DNA of 27,222 nt, from the IMG/VR virus record IMGVR_UViG_3300028638_000208, positions 1 through 27,222 of that record; one strand, given 5' to 3'. The notes below the pieces were generated by a model. It saw nothing but the letters and a program-made list of their open reading frames with translations. It had not been told where the DNA came from and did not search any database. Below are positions 1-9,099 of this stretch, piece after piece; within the stretch, counting starts at the first letter, position 1; every line of letters starts with the position of its first letter. The position numbers and the translations under genes are program-made. The stretch is from a virus (lineage: Duplodnaviria > Caudoviricetes).

Positions 1-2505
1 CTTATTCGCTATAAACCTTATCCCTGCCCCAGCATCAGAAGCAGTTAATGACCTATTAGCATCATCTGTTGTTATTTGTAATTGCTCAATAGATTGACAT
101 AATAAACTACCTACTGGTATAGTTTCATTACCACTTAATTCTATTATGGCATTTTGTGATTCATTAAATAACCCATGGCCATTTGTTAGGGTATAGGCGT
201 TTAAATGTATAATTCCTTGTTTTCTTAAAATAGAAAATCCATTAGGTGCTTCATAATTTGATGGCATTTCGTGTGCAGAATATTCTCTTTCTGTCGTTGC
301 CCCCACTAAGCCACCCGACCTAACACTAAATGATGCTAATTCGTCAAAATCTAACTTGTAACTACCACCTCCATCTATTTCTGTATCTTCGGTTAAACCG
401 CCACCTAATTTTACTTTATCACCAACTACACCTGTTCCGCTTAGTCCATTTTCTACCAAAACTCCACTTACACACGCTTTATCTACTAAAGCCTGTGTTA
501 TTTCTGTATCAGTTGCTGTTGGTGCTGTTCCTAAACAAGAAACATCTACACCACTGTACATTGACAATCCAATATCAGGTATTAATAATGGACTTGGTGC
601 TTCATATATTACTGTTCCACACGTATCTCCTGTTGCTGATTCTGTTATTACCCACATTACTACTCTTATGTGATGCCAATTTGTATCTACTGCATCGGGA
701 AAAACAAACGTAGTAGGTGGTGTAGCACTATTGTTTCCTGATATTGGTGCGTAAGTGTGTATTGCTACGTTAGATGCATCTTCTACTGATATAAAATACT
801 GCACACTTACTGGTGCATTGGTAGAATAATTTGTTTGATTGGACAATAATAACGTTAATGTAGTACCATCAACTTGTGCATCTAACACATAAGATGCATT
901 AACTGTGGCACACGAAGCCGAAGTTGTAGGGTTTACAACTACTGTTATTGTCGCAGTAGAAGTTTGTCCGTAAATATCTTCTATCGTATATTGAAATGTT
1001 TCAACTCCTGTAAAACCTCCATTTGGTGTGTATTCTATCTTATTGCTTCCTGTTATTACCGCTACTCCATTTATAGGCGCAGTTGATATGGTTGTTGTTA
1101 TTCCTGAATTTGAAAAATCATTCAAAAATTGCTCTATTGATACCATTACACCCTCTGTTGTAGCATAGTAATCATTTGTCGCAACAGGTGGCGCAGGTGG
1201 TTCACAAGCTCTGTTTATCAGCTCTTGTAACACATCTTTAAAAGTATTATTAGGTGCTACAAGTCCTAAACAAGCTGGATTTATTGTCGCTAAAATAGAT
1301 GCTGTAACATCGTCAATATCAACCGATAAATCAAATTGCTTTGTATAGGCATCTGGGGCTGTTTCTGTTACGTTTACCGAACCATCTAATGAAACTACAT
1401 TTACTTTTTTTAATGCGTTATATACGTTTAAAAACGATGCTGAAAGTGATATTGTATATGTAGTAGTACCACCTGATACCGAAGATATTACTATAATAGG
1501 ACTTGAACCTACCACGTTTATATTATTTACAGTAGGGAGTATTGCTTCTATTAAAGTTGGACTTGTACTGTTACCACACCCACAATCACATCCTAATAGT
1601 TCTTTTAGTTTATTGTAATGTTCTACTACTTTTGTTTTATTTCCACAACTTCTTGCAACCTCCATAGATATATACTCCATCTCTATTGTAGAAACAAAAT
1701 CGTGTAAATCTACATTGTTGCCTAAACCACCTCTATCACTCGCTTGTTTCTTTACCTTTTCTAATGTTTGTGTTATGCAACTATATAGCGCACACAAATT
1801 AATACTACAAGTAGCTTCTGCATTATCATACACATCTACATATTCAATAGTCTTAAACTCAAAACCACCTACTATATCCGTATGTGTTACTATCGCTACT
1901 AAATGCGCCTCCCATACTCCACTCCATAATGCATCTGAATTAACATAATTATTAGTTGTAGAATAGGTACTCGCAACTGTTCCATTAGAATATTTTGAAC
2001 CCAACGGTGGTCTAAGTGTTAATACTCTTTCTACTTCACTCCCACTTGCATATTCCGTTCTATCATAGGCTGTTGCTACCGCAGAATCACAATTTATATC
2101 TATTTCTAAATCGCCATTTGTAACATTGTCACAATCATCATCACATATTAATACAGATACTTCTTCCGTATTATATACTATTGTACCACTTTGTTCTACA
2201 AAATACTGAATCTTATAATAACCACTTAATAAATTGCCTAAACTATCTAATGGAACTGATACAGAATCAAACACCATTGATACATCTTGGTCTATGTCGG
2301 GTGTCGTAACGTTCCCTAAGTGTAATACTGTTCCTGTTGGGTTTATTATAGAAAAATATCCCTTTAATGTAGTTAAGTTCTCGCCTGTATAATCTGTTAC
2401 ATCGGTAAAGGTTATTTTTCGATAATCTGGATTAGGTACTCCATTTATGTCTTTTGTAGATAAATCTATTGTTGCTTTAAATTTTATCGCAGAATTACTT
2501 AGCAT
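1..2505 (-). CDS. Large virion structural protein, truncated at window edge (Cys-rich segment plus bacterial Ig/cadherin-like domain)
   Basis: Missing from the ORF track because it has no stop in the window. ATG at 2505 (MLSNSAIKFKATIDLSTKDINGVPNPDYRKITFTDVTDY...); the frame was open in the segments I translated, down to position 1. Contains NLCALYSC...ARSCGNK...LLGCDCGCG (~1570-1800) and PPVATNDYYATTEG...IEYTPNGGFTGVETFQYTIEDIYGQTSTATITVVV (~930-1195, Big_9-like). Thr/Ser/Val rich and downstream of capsid genes. Confidence 0.8.
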   Translation of the reverse strand, partial: MLSNSAIKFKATIDLSTKDINGVPNPDYRKITFTDVTDYTGENLTTLKGYFSIINPTGTVLHLGNVTTPDIDQDVSMVFDSVSVPLDSLGNLLSGYYKIQYFVEQSGTIVYNTEEVSVLICDDDCDNVTNGDLEIDINCDSAVATAYDRTEYASGSEVERVLTLRPPLGSKYSNGTVASTYSTTNNYVNSDALWSGVWEAHLVAIVTHTDIVGGFEFKTIEYVDVYDNAEATCSINLCALYSCITQTLEKVKKQASDRGGLGNNVDLHDFVSTIEMEYISMEVARSCGNKTKVVEHYNKLKELLGCDCGCGNSTSPTLIEAILPTVNNINVVGSSPIIVISSVSGGTTTYTISLSASFLNVYNALKKVNVVSLDGSVNVTETAPDAYTKQFDLSVDIDDVTASILATINPACLGLVAPNNTFKDVLQELINRACEPPAPPVATNDYYATTEGVMVSIEQFLNDFSNSGITTTISTAPINGVAVITGSNKIEYTPNGGFTGVETFQYTIEDIYGQTSTATITVVVNPTTSASCATVNASYVLDAQVDGTTLTLLLSNQTNYSTNAPVSVQYFISVEDASNVAIHTYAPISGNNSATPPTTFVFPDAVDTNWHHIRVVMWVITESATGDTCGTVIYEAPSPLLIPDIGLSMYSGVDVSCLGTAPTATDTEITQALVDKACVSGVLVENGLSGTGVVGDKVKLGGGLTEDTEIDGGGSYKLDFDELASFSVRSGGLVGATTEREYSAHEMPSNYEAPNGFSILRKQGIIHLNAYTLTNGHGLFNESQNAIIELSGNETIPVGSLLCQSIEQLQITTDDANRSLTASDAGAGIRFIANK

Positions 2506-2520
2506 CTTTATTCTTTTTTT

Positions 2521-2558
2521 CAAAATTAAACAAAAAAGCAGACTAAAAAAATAGTCTG
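2521..2558 (-). promoter_or_regulatory. Bacteroidota-type promoter (TAATTTTG) with upstream CAGACTAT motif
   Basis: Minus strand reads CAGACTATTT-N20-TAATTTTG, ending 15 nt before the ATG at 2505. Confidence 0.6.
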
Positions 2559-2559
2559 C
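2532..2559 (-). terminator. Possible intrinsic terminator after the 2587-3759 gene
   Basis: GCAGACTA-N6-TAGTCTGC stem followed by a T6 tract on the minus strand. It overlaps the promoter motif, so it could instead be a dyad binding site. Confidence 0.45.
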
Positions 2560-2586
2560 CATTCATAGTTTTAAAAATATCATTCG

Positions 2587-3759
2587 CTACTCAATACTCT
2601 TTAATTTATCAATATTATCTTCCGCCCATTTTAAAAAATCACCTACCCAATGCTTCTCGTCTGAAACCAATAAATCACCACCCTCCGATTTAGGAACTTT
2701 CTTGCCCTCTTTATAAATACTTACAGTTTTAAGAAGTCCTGAATATCTTACTACTTCTTTGTCTATAAGTCCTCTTGCTATTACTCCTGCTTCGCTTACT
2801 TCTTTATGTTCTTCTGTAACATCACTCGGTTCTTTTTCAATATTATTTTGACGAGATTTTGATACCGATTTTGATACCGATTTGTCATTCAAATAATAAG
2901 TTTTTAACTCGTCATATAGTTTATAGTTTGATACCAACTCCCTTAATAACACTTCAAACTTATCTTCCCCTTTCTTCACATCTGCAATAGGAAATCCTTT
3001 TTTGTCGCCTATGTTTACTCGCCATTCCATTCTACCCGAAAACTCGTGGTATGTCAAATAGTTTTCATCTATAAATCTTTGTGCATCTGAACGAACATTT
3101 ACATCTTGCGAATTATAATCCCTTAGAAACTTCGTTAAATCCTTTTCCGCTATCTCTAATACTACTAATCTAATTTCTTCTTCTTCCATAAGGTGTGTAC
3201 CCCTATGTCCTGTGCTTTGTAAGAAATTAGTTAGCCTATCTAAATCCTCTGTATTTAAAATCTTGTTCTTCCACTCCGTTGTTTTTCTTAAACTTGCAAT
3301 ATTAGAACTTGCAGATTTAACTACATTGTTTAATGAATACTTGTCGCTTTTTGAAAACTCTGATGTTCCACATTCAGGATATAACAACATATAAGCAACT
3401 AAATCTAAATTGTCTTTTGATACAATTTTTGAACGACCTTTTATATACAAATCCTTATCTCTTTCAGGGTCTAATACTTGCTCTGAAAAACCGCTTTTGT
3501 TCGCTATAACCAATCTTCTACAATAACCATAAGTAATAGATTCTCCGTTCATTGTTACTGTAAAGCTATTTTTTAAAAAAGTCTTATTGGGGAAAACGTG
3601 AAGTTTCTTGAAAAAATCCCTTTTGCCTTTTATCACAAACTCAAATGAGTTCTTTTTATATTTCTCTATATCGTACCCAAGTGAGGTAGATACAATCTTT
3701 TTTAGTTCTTCTGTATTTAATTGCTCAAATGAGCCTGTACCTTTCTTAATAACTAACAT
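2587..3759 (-). CDS. Conserved virion-module protein downstream of MCP (position of crAss-like 'gene 75')
   Basis: 390-aa ORF directly after the capsid gene; assignment by synteny only. Confidence 0.55.
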   Translation of the reverse strand: MLVIKKGTGSFEQLNTEELKKIVSTSLGYDIEKYKKNSFEFVIKGKRDFFKKLHVFPNKTFLKNSFTVTMNGESITYGYCRRLVIANKSGFSEQVLDPERDKDLYIKGRSKIVSKDNLDLVAYMLLYPECGTSEFSKSDKYSLNNVVKSASSNIASLRKTTEWKNKILNTEDLDRLTNFLQSTGHRGTHLMEEEEIRLVVLEIAEKDLTKFLRDYNSQDVNVRSDAQRFIDENYLTYHEFSGRMEWRVNIGDKKGFPIADVKKGEDKFEVLLRELVSNYKLYDELKTYYLNDKSVSKSVSKSRQNNIEKEPSDVTEEHKEVSEAGVIARGLIDKEVVRYSGLLKTVSIYKEGKKVPKSEGGDLLVSDEKHWVGDFLKWAEDNIDKLKSIE

Positions 3760-3791
3760 TTTTCTTAATTTTTATTGTTAATAATAATAAT

Positions 3792-3825
3792 AAAGAAAGA
3801 GGTGTTTCTTTACACCTCTTTCTTT
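3792..3825 (-). terminator. Strong intrinsic terminator after major capsid gene
   Basis: Perfect 14-bp stem AAAGAAAGAGGTGT-N6-ACACCTCTTTCTTT just past the MCP stop, with T-rich tails on both strands. Confidence 0.8.
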
Positions 3826-3836
3826 TAATAAATATT

Positions 3837-5426
3837 CTAATTAGGATAACCTGCAACAAATAAGTTAGCCGCACCTGCCCAAGCACCAAACTCTCCTCTG
3901 AAATGTACTCGTTGTACATCAAAATCATCGGTTGGTTTTTTAACTAATACTTGTCCTGCACTACCTGTTTGGAACATCTCTACCTCACGGATATATGAGC
4001 CTTTTTGTGCATAAACATAACCCCAATATGGCATTTCTGTACCATTGTACTCTGAACCAAATTGCTCTGTTAGTTTTGCTTGTGAAGCCATATTTTTAAA
4101 TGTTCCTAATGGCATTAATAAATACATATCTTTGTATGTATAAGAAGTGCCACCCAACATTTCAGGGTCATCAAAAGAGGTCACATTTTTAAAATGGAAT
4201 TTTCGTGAAGATGGCATTAAACTTAAAGATTGGAATCCCACTTGAACTGCCAACCCTTCTTGATAATCAGAATCCATCACGTTTCCGTAAATTTCTCCTT
4301 TAACGTATTGGTTGTTTGTATCGTCTTTAACATAGTCTTTTAACACTTCTCTAATTTGTTGACCAAACGGAGAACCATAAGCCCATACATAGTTATATGG
4401 TGCGCCCTCCGCATCAAGTGTATCGTTTACCGCATCTACATCCCCAATAGCAAACGCTCCTGTTGTATAAGGAATTGTGTTGCCGTTTTGAAATGCAAAC
4501 GGATACAATCCTTGTGTAGTACGAACTTGAATACCTGTCAAATTAGGCTCAACTACTGTACTATCTGTTTCAAAGAAATTGTCGTTTAGTGTGCCGAAAC
4601 AAATCGCACCATCTCTTGCTATTTTTAATCTGCGCTCTGCATCTTCTGTGCCTACCAACTCAAATGCATTCATTTTCTTACCATCAAATTCAAAAGGAAA
4701 GTCTTGAAGTTGATAATTACGAACCATAGACGAACCTGTACGAGAATCATCATCTTTAATGATTTGTAATTGGTTTTTATAGGTTGCCCAACGTGGCGTT
4801 AAGGTTTGTCCTTGTCTGCTACCCTCTGCATAAGCATTAGAGATTATACCTACTGTCGCTCCTGCTCCTGCACCTGCTCCACCAAGTAATGTAAGTAAGT
4901 TTACAGTAGAATCGTCTGGCTCAACTGTGATTTCTTGTGTTCCTACTGGTGCATTGCTTATGTTAGTAATCCAACCATTCACTATGTTTGTATCACCTAT
5001 TTGGAAGTGTACAATTTGTCTTAAACGTGCATAAGATGACTTTATATTAAAAGTAGGGTCTGTATAAACAGTTGTAGGGTTTAATTGAAACGTAATAGGC
5101 GCACCTGCTCCTCCTGCTCCTTGATAACCTGCACTGCTTACCACTAATGCATTTACTGTTCGCTCTTTTTCAAAATGACCATACTGTCCATGTTCTCCTG
5201 CTAACACAGGAATTTGAAACCCTAATAATTTAATTAAATCACTAAAGTAAAACCTCCCTGAATTAGGATGTCTGTTTATTGCATTAGGCAAAAAGACGGG
5301 TTTAAACATTTCTCTGTCAAAACCACTAATTAGCTCTGTGTTCCAAGTGCCTACATTTACTGCACCGGGTTTTAAATTAAAAGGAACTGCTACTGGTGTT
5401 CCTGCTATTGAATATACTGATACCAT
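3837..5426 (-). CDS. Major capsid protein (crAss-like/Bacteroidota phage type)
   Basis: 529 aa in the TerL-portal-scaffold-MCP order. Segments such as SNAYAEGS, YKNQLQIIKD, RTTQGLYPF and the C-terminal DDFDVQRVHFRGEFGAWAGAANLF resemble crAss-like HK97-fold capsids. Followed by a strong terminator. Confidence 0.8.
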   Translation of the reverse strand: MVSVYSIAGTPVAVPFNLKPGAVNVGTWNTELISGFDREMFKPVFLPNAINRHPNSGRFYFSDLIKLLGFQIPVLAGEHGQYGHFEKERTVNALVVSSAGYQGAGGAGAPITFQLNPTTVYTDPTFNIKSSYARLRQIVHFQIGDTNIVNGWITNISNAPVGTQEITVEPDDSTVNLLTLLGGAGAGAGATVGIISNAYAEGSRQGQTLTPRWATYKNQLQIIKDDDSRTGSSMVRNYQLQDFPFEFDGKKMNAFELVGTEDAERRLKIARDGAICFGTLNDNFFETDSTVVEPNLTGIQVRTTQGLYPFAFQNGNTIPYTTGAFAIGDVDAVNDTLDAEGAPYNYVWAYGSPFGQQIREVLKDYVKDDTNNQYVKGEIYGNVMDSDYQEGLAVQVGFQSLSLMPSSRKFHFKNVTSFDDPEMLGGTSYTYKDMYLLMPLGTFKNMASQAKLTEQFGSEYNGTEMPYWGYVYAQKGSYIREVEMFQTGSAGQVLVKKPTDDFDVQRVHFRGEFGAWAGAANLFVAGYPN

Positions 5427-5457
5427 TTTTTTGTTTTTTAAAAGTTATAAATTTTTT

Positions 5458-6504
5458 TTAACGATAGAAACTTCCAGATTTATTTTCTTCTCCTGTTATT
5501 CTACCTTGTTCCCTCTTAATTTTTATTCCCGAATTATTATCAGTAATTTCTTTTATGACTTTTGATGTATTATCTTCTATGATAGTGCTTATAATCTTGT
5601 TAAAATTTCGACCAATATAAGTTTCCTTTGCAAGTTTAACTATTGCATCTATGTTTTCTTTGGTTGTATCTGCTGTGTTTTTTATAGCAAAATCTACCGC
5701 ATCTTTATAGATAGTGTTTAACTCTTTCTCGTCTAAGGGAATGTCTATTGAGTATTCTTTCTCGTCTTTAGATTGGTGTGAAAATTTTAATTTACCAAAC
5801 GTGTTGTCGATTGCACTTTTAAGGTCAGGATTTTTTTGCCAAGCGTTAGTTACTTTTTGTTGAAACTCTACTTGTTGTTGTATTACTTCTTCTTGTGAAG
5901 AAATACCATCATAAATATCTTTCCTTTTGTTTTTTATTCCATCAAAAGCCGACTTGCTTTCTTTTTCAAGCCTTGCTTCTATGATAGAATATTTACGTTT
6001 AGCTTTTTCGACTTCAATTTCATATTCAGTATCTACACCCTCTTTTTCCAAAAACTCTTCAAAAGTTGGGTAAGAATCACTGATTAATGTTTTGGCACTT
6101 TTTAAACTTATACCATCTGTTAGCGACATTGATATTGCCATAGCCTCCCTTTTGTCCATTTTATCCGTGTCCATTAGGGATAAATCTATAAACATTTTTA
6201 CTTGTTCGGGTGTCGCATTTGACTTTAATAAAGAATTAACCTCTTTAACAAAATCATTAACGTAAGCATCTTTCTGTGGAATATGCTCGGCGTACCGACT
6301 TTTTTCCGCATAATTTTCATCAAAAGTTTCAAAGAACTGCTGTACTTCGGCTACATCTTTAAATCTCCCACCTGTCGTGCTTGATATATCTAATGTGCTT
6401 TCGGGTTGCCCTTGTATTTGTTGTGATGTTGGTTCTGTCGTTGTTGTTACACCTGTAACTCCACCTCCGCCTTCAACATCATCATTGAAATATAATCCTT
6501 TCAT
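5458..6504 (-). CDS. Putative capsid scaffolding protein
   Basis: 348 aa, acidic/helical with low-complexity N-terminus, located between portal and MCP. Confidence 0.6.
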   Translation of the reverse strand: MKGLYFNDDVEGGGGVTGVTTTTEPTSQQIQGQPESTLDISSTTGGRFKDVAEVQQFFETFDENYAEKSRYAEHIPQKDAYVNDFVKEVNSLLKSNATPEQVKMFIDLSLMDTDKMDKREAMAISMSLTDGISLKSAKTLISDSYPTFEEFLEKEGVDTEYEIEVEKAKRKYSIIEARLEKESKSAFDGIKNKRKDIYDGISSQEEVIQQQVEFQQKVTNAWQKNPDLKSAIDNTFGKLKFSHQSKDEKEYSIDIPLDEKELNTIYKDAVDFAIKNTADTTKENIDAIVKLAKETYIGRNFNKIISTIIEDNTSKVIKEITDNNSGIKIKREQGRITGEENKSGSFYR

Positions 6505-6531
6505 TTTTCTTAATTTATCTTAATAATACTA

Positions 6532-6569
6532 CAAAGTAAATATACTTTTATTAAAAAAACAATAGTCTG
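6532..6569 (-). promoter_or_regulatory. Promoter for scaffold/MCP with CAGACTAT motif
   Basis: Minus strand CAGACTATTG-N20-TTACTTTG (TTG -33 element; -7 element with one mismatch to TAnnTTTG). Confidence 0.55.
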
Positions 6570-6581
6570 TATTTTTTTTAT

Positions 6582-6632
6582 AACACGGAGCGTAAAACCC
6601 ATCCATCGTTTTTACGTGGATGGGTAGTTCAC
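6582..6632 (+). mobile_element. Miniature IS200/IS605-like palindrome-associated element (non-autonomous)
   Basis: GC-richer 51-bp island following TTTAT. Contains the hairpin ACCCATCCA-N11-TGGATGGGT and ends in AGTTCAC, resembling an IS605-family right end. Confidence 0.55.
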
Positions 6633-9055
6633 TGAGATATGCTTTGTTGGTTTTGACCACCCCCTTGTGGTTGTGCTACTCCTAATCCATACATATTGAA
6701 CTGCCCTACACTATCTTTTATACCCTCTGTTATTTTTAATAACATATTTCTTTGTACCTCATTGTCTAATACTCCATCTTTTAAGTCTGCTTTTATGGCT
6801 TCTAAATTAGCATCTTGTATAAATTCTTGATAAGACAATGCTGATTTAGATGCAAACTCAACCGATAATGTTTTTCTGTTTTCTTCCCCTGCTACCACTG
6901 CCGCTTGTTGGTTTTGCATACTTGCGTGTTCTACATCTTTCTGTTTGCGTATCATGTCCAACTTCTCTTGTTCTTTTACTGCTTTTGCTATCATAAGTTG
7001 AGCTTTAGGTATATTACCCGATTTTATAACCCTATATAATGCCAAATAAACATCTTCGGTTATACCTCCAACTCCACCGCTTGTTTTTCTAAACTGTGAT
7101 AAACTAAGTATGTTCTGCATTAGTAATTGTTGCTCTTGAAGTGTAGAACCTAATTTTATCTTTAACCCGAACTTTATGTCGGATATATCTTCATTTAACT
7201 CTAATATCTCTATATCATCTTCGTCTAATGGTGAATTTTCTACACTTAACTTGCCTCGCCTTGCTAATTCTTGCCACTTTAACATTGTTGACGTATATAC
7301 TCTTTCTATAATATCACTCATCATAGAGTATTCAGGTTGCATAGCATTGTTTGCCGCTTCTATCTTGGCTTCACCTTGCATTTTTAACATCCTTTCATTG
7401 TTAGTAGAACCATCCACTAAATCATTTATACCTGTATTTATTTGAATATTTCTTCTGTGTTCATTTATTGTTTCGGTGTATATTCTAAATTGGTCAAAAG
7501 CAACACTTGGTATTGGTGCTACAATAGAATGTATATTAGATATAGGATTTCCGTGTGTGTCTTCCGTGTCTATTGTTAATATACCTTTCTCTAAAAGCAT
7601 ATTATACAAGTCAATAGGTGTTTTGATTTGTCCATCTATTTCTGTGTTTTCAAAAGCTGTCTTGTTAAATATAAGTCCGGGAGGTGCAGGTATTGCCGCT
7701 ATTGCATTTCTTCGTTTGAATGTCAATAAGTTTATCATATCTACATCTGGTATCATTCTTTCCACTTTTGATATTACTCCTGTGGTTGCTCCTATATAAG
7801 ATAAAAATGCCTTTTTATAGCCACTCTTACCGCTTCTTATTTGTAAATCAGCTCTTCCATACCCAAAAGCAAAATCTGTACCTATAATCCACTTGCCCTC
7901 ATATTCATATTGTGTCCTTTTTACATCTAATTTAGCCCCTTTCTTTTCATCATCTTTTCTTAATTCATAATCAAACTCCTTTTCCGTATAAGACAAAGAA
8001 CCATATTTTTCTATAATTTTACTTTTGTATTTTTTTACATCAGAAGATAGCCAACTTCCATCTAATACTGTTACTTTTATATGGTCATAAGGATAAAAAC
8101 CGTTGTCTTTATAAAAATTGCGATGTTGTGTACTGGCAAAAGGTTGTTCAAATCCGTAACATTTAGCCACTTGCATTAATTGAGATTCTGTAAGTTCGCT
8201 TTCATTACGAACATCTGCAATTGTCATTTCTCTTATCTCTGCACACATTGTAATATCCCTAAAATCAAGATATTTACTGCATGGAACAAGTAACATATTA
8301 GGGTCAACGTATCTTAACATAGGCACGTTTATAGAATAGTCTATGTATGCTTTAGTCCAAGATATTCCTAAGTCAACCATATCATTCATTAACATCATCT
8401 TTAGCATTTTCCACCTCGATTCAGACATTGTTACACCTATGGCTTTCTTCATTTTTATCTCTTCTTGAAGTTTTAACCCTCCTGTTTTAACATATAAATC
8501 AACATCTTCTTCGGATTCAAACATGTCAGAATCTCCTTGACCTATATCTATCCCAATGTTTCCTACAAATGTTTTAAATGTCTTGTTTTGCCATATTTTT
8601 AACCCTGCTATTTCTTTTTCTCTTTTCTTTTGTGATGCTGGGTCGGTAGCACTAACTAATATCTCATAATCCATTTTATCATAACTACCTATGATTTGGT
8701 CACGGGTTTTAACGTGTCCTGTGTCCTGCCCCCACGAAATGTTATAATACGATTTTTTACGTTGGTTGTTATTGTTATCCTTACCTAATAATTCTGATTT
8801 ATATTTGTTTACATCTACCTTGCCTCTTGCATAAGAACGTAGCTCACTATATTTGCTATCTCCCAAAAGCCCACTTAAATAACCTCCCTTAACTAATATT
8901 CCATTACACCCAAGCGTAAATAGATATTTCATTACCGATACACAATAATCCATGTCTTCCTTTTTTTTAGGATTAATATCGTCATCGGGTAGCCTGTACT
9001 TCTTTAGGTTTTCTGCTCCTTTATAATTATCTATAAAATTTGATATACCTTTCAT
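6629..9055 (-). CDS. Portal protein
   Basis: 808 aa directly after TerL. Segments ELRSYARG, SYYNISW, VSATDPAS, LRYVDPNMLLV, NTGINDLVDGS and a Gln-rich C-terminus resemble crAss-like portals. Confidence 0.8.
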   Translation of the reverse strand: MKGISNFIDNYKGAENLKKYRLPDDDINPKKKEDMDYCVSVMKYLFTLGCNGILVKGGYLSGLLGDSKYSELRSYARGKVDVNKYKSELLGKDNNNNQRKKSYYNISWGQDTGHVKTRDQIIGSYDKMDYEILVSATDPASQKKREKEIAGLKIWQNKTFKTFVGNIGIDIGQGDSDMFESEEDVDLYVKTGGLKLQEEIKMKKAIGVTMSESRWKMLKMMLMNDMVDLGISWTKAYIDYSINVPMLRYVDPNMLLVPCSKYLDFRDITMCAEIREMTIADVRNESELTESQLMQVAKCYGFEQPFASTQHRNFYKDNGFYPYDHIKVTVLDGSWLSSDVKKYKSKIIEKYGSLSYTEKEFDYELRKDDEKKGAKLDVKRTQYEYEGKWIIGTDFAFGYGRADLQIRSGKSGYKKAFLSYIGATTGVISKVERMIPDVDMINLLTFKRRNAIAAIPAPPGLIFNKTAFENTEIDGQIKTPIDLYNMLLEKGILTIDTEDTHGNPISNIHSIVAPIPSVAFDQFRIYTETINEHRRNIQINTGINDLVDGSTNNERMLKMQGEAKIEAANNAMQPEYSMMSDIIERVYTSTMLKWQELARRGKLSVENSPLDEDDIEILELNEDISDIKFGLKIKLGSTLQEQQLLMQNILSLSQFRKTSGGVGGITEDVYLALYRVIKSGNIPKAQLMIAKAVKEQEKLDMIRKQKDVEHASMQNQQAAVVAGEENRKTLSVEFASKSALSYQEFIQDANLEAIKADLKDGVLDNEVQRNMLLKITEGIKDSVGQFNMYGLGVAQPQGGGQNQQSISQ

Positions 9056-9059
9056 AGTC

Positions 9060-9099
9060 CAAAATTAATGATAAATAAAAATAATTACAATATTGTCTG
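9060..9099 (-). promoter_or_regulatory. Promoter immediately upstream of portal (probably leaderless transcript)
   Basis: Minus strand CAGACAATATTG-N20-TAATTTTG, ending 4 nt before the portal ATG. Confidence 0.55.

Noticed and set aside
330-1948. Plus-strand ORFs 330-713 and 1715-1948
   Set aside because: Shadows of the long minus-strand structural gene with implausible composition.
2855-2885. 12-bp tandem repeat GATTTTGATACC (KSVSKSVSKS)
   Set aside because: Short in-frame duplication in a linker; no evidence of function.
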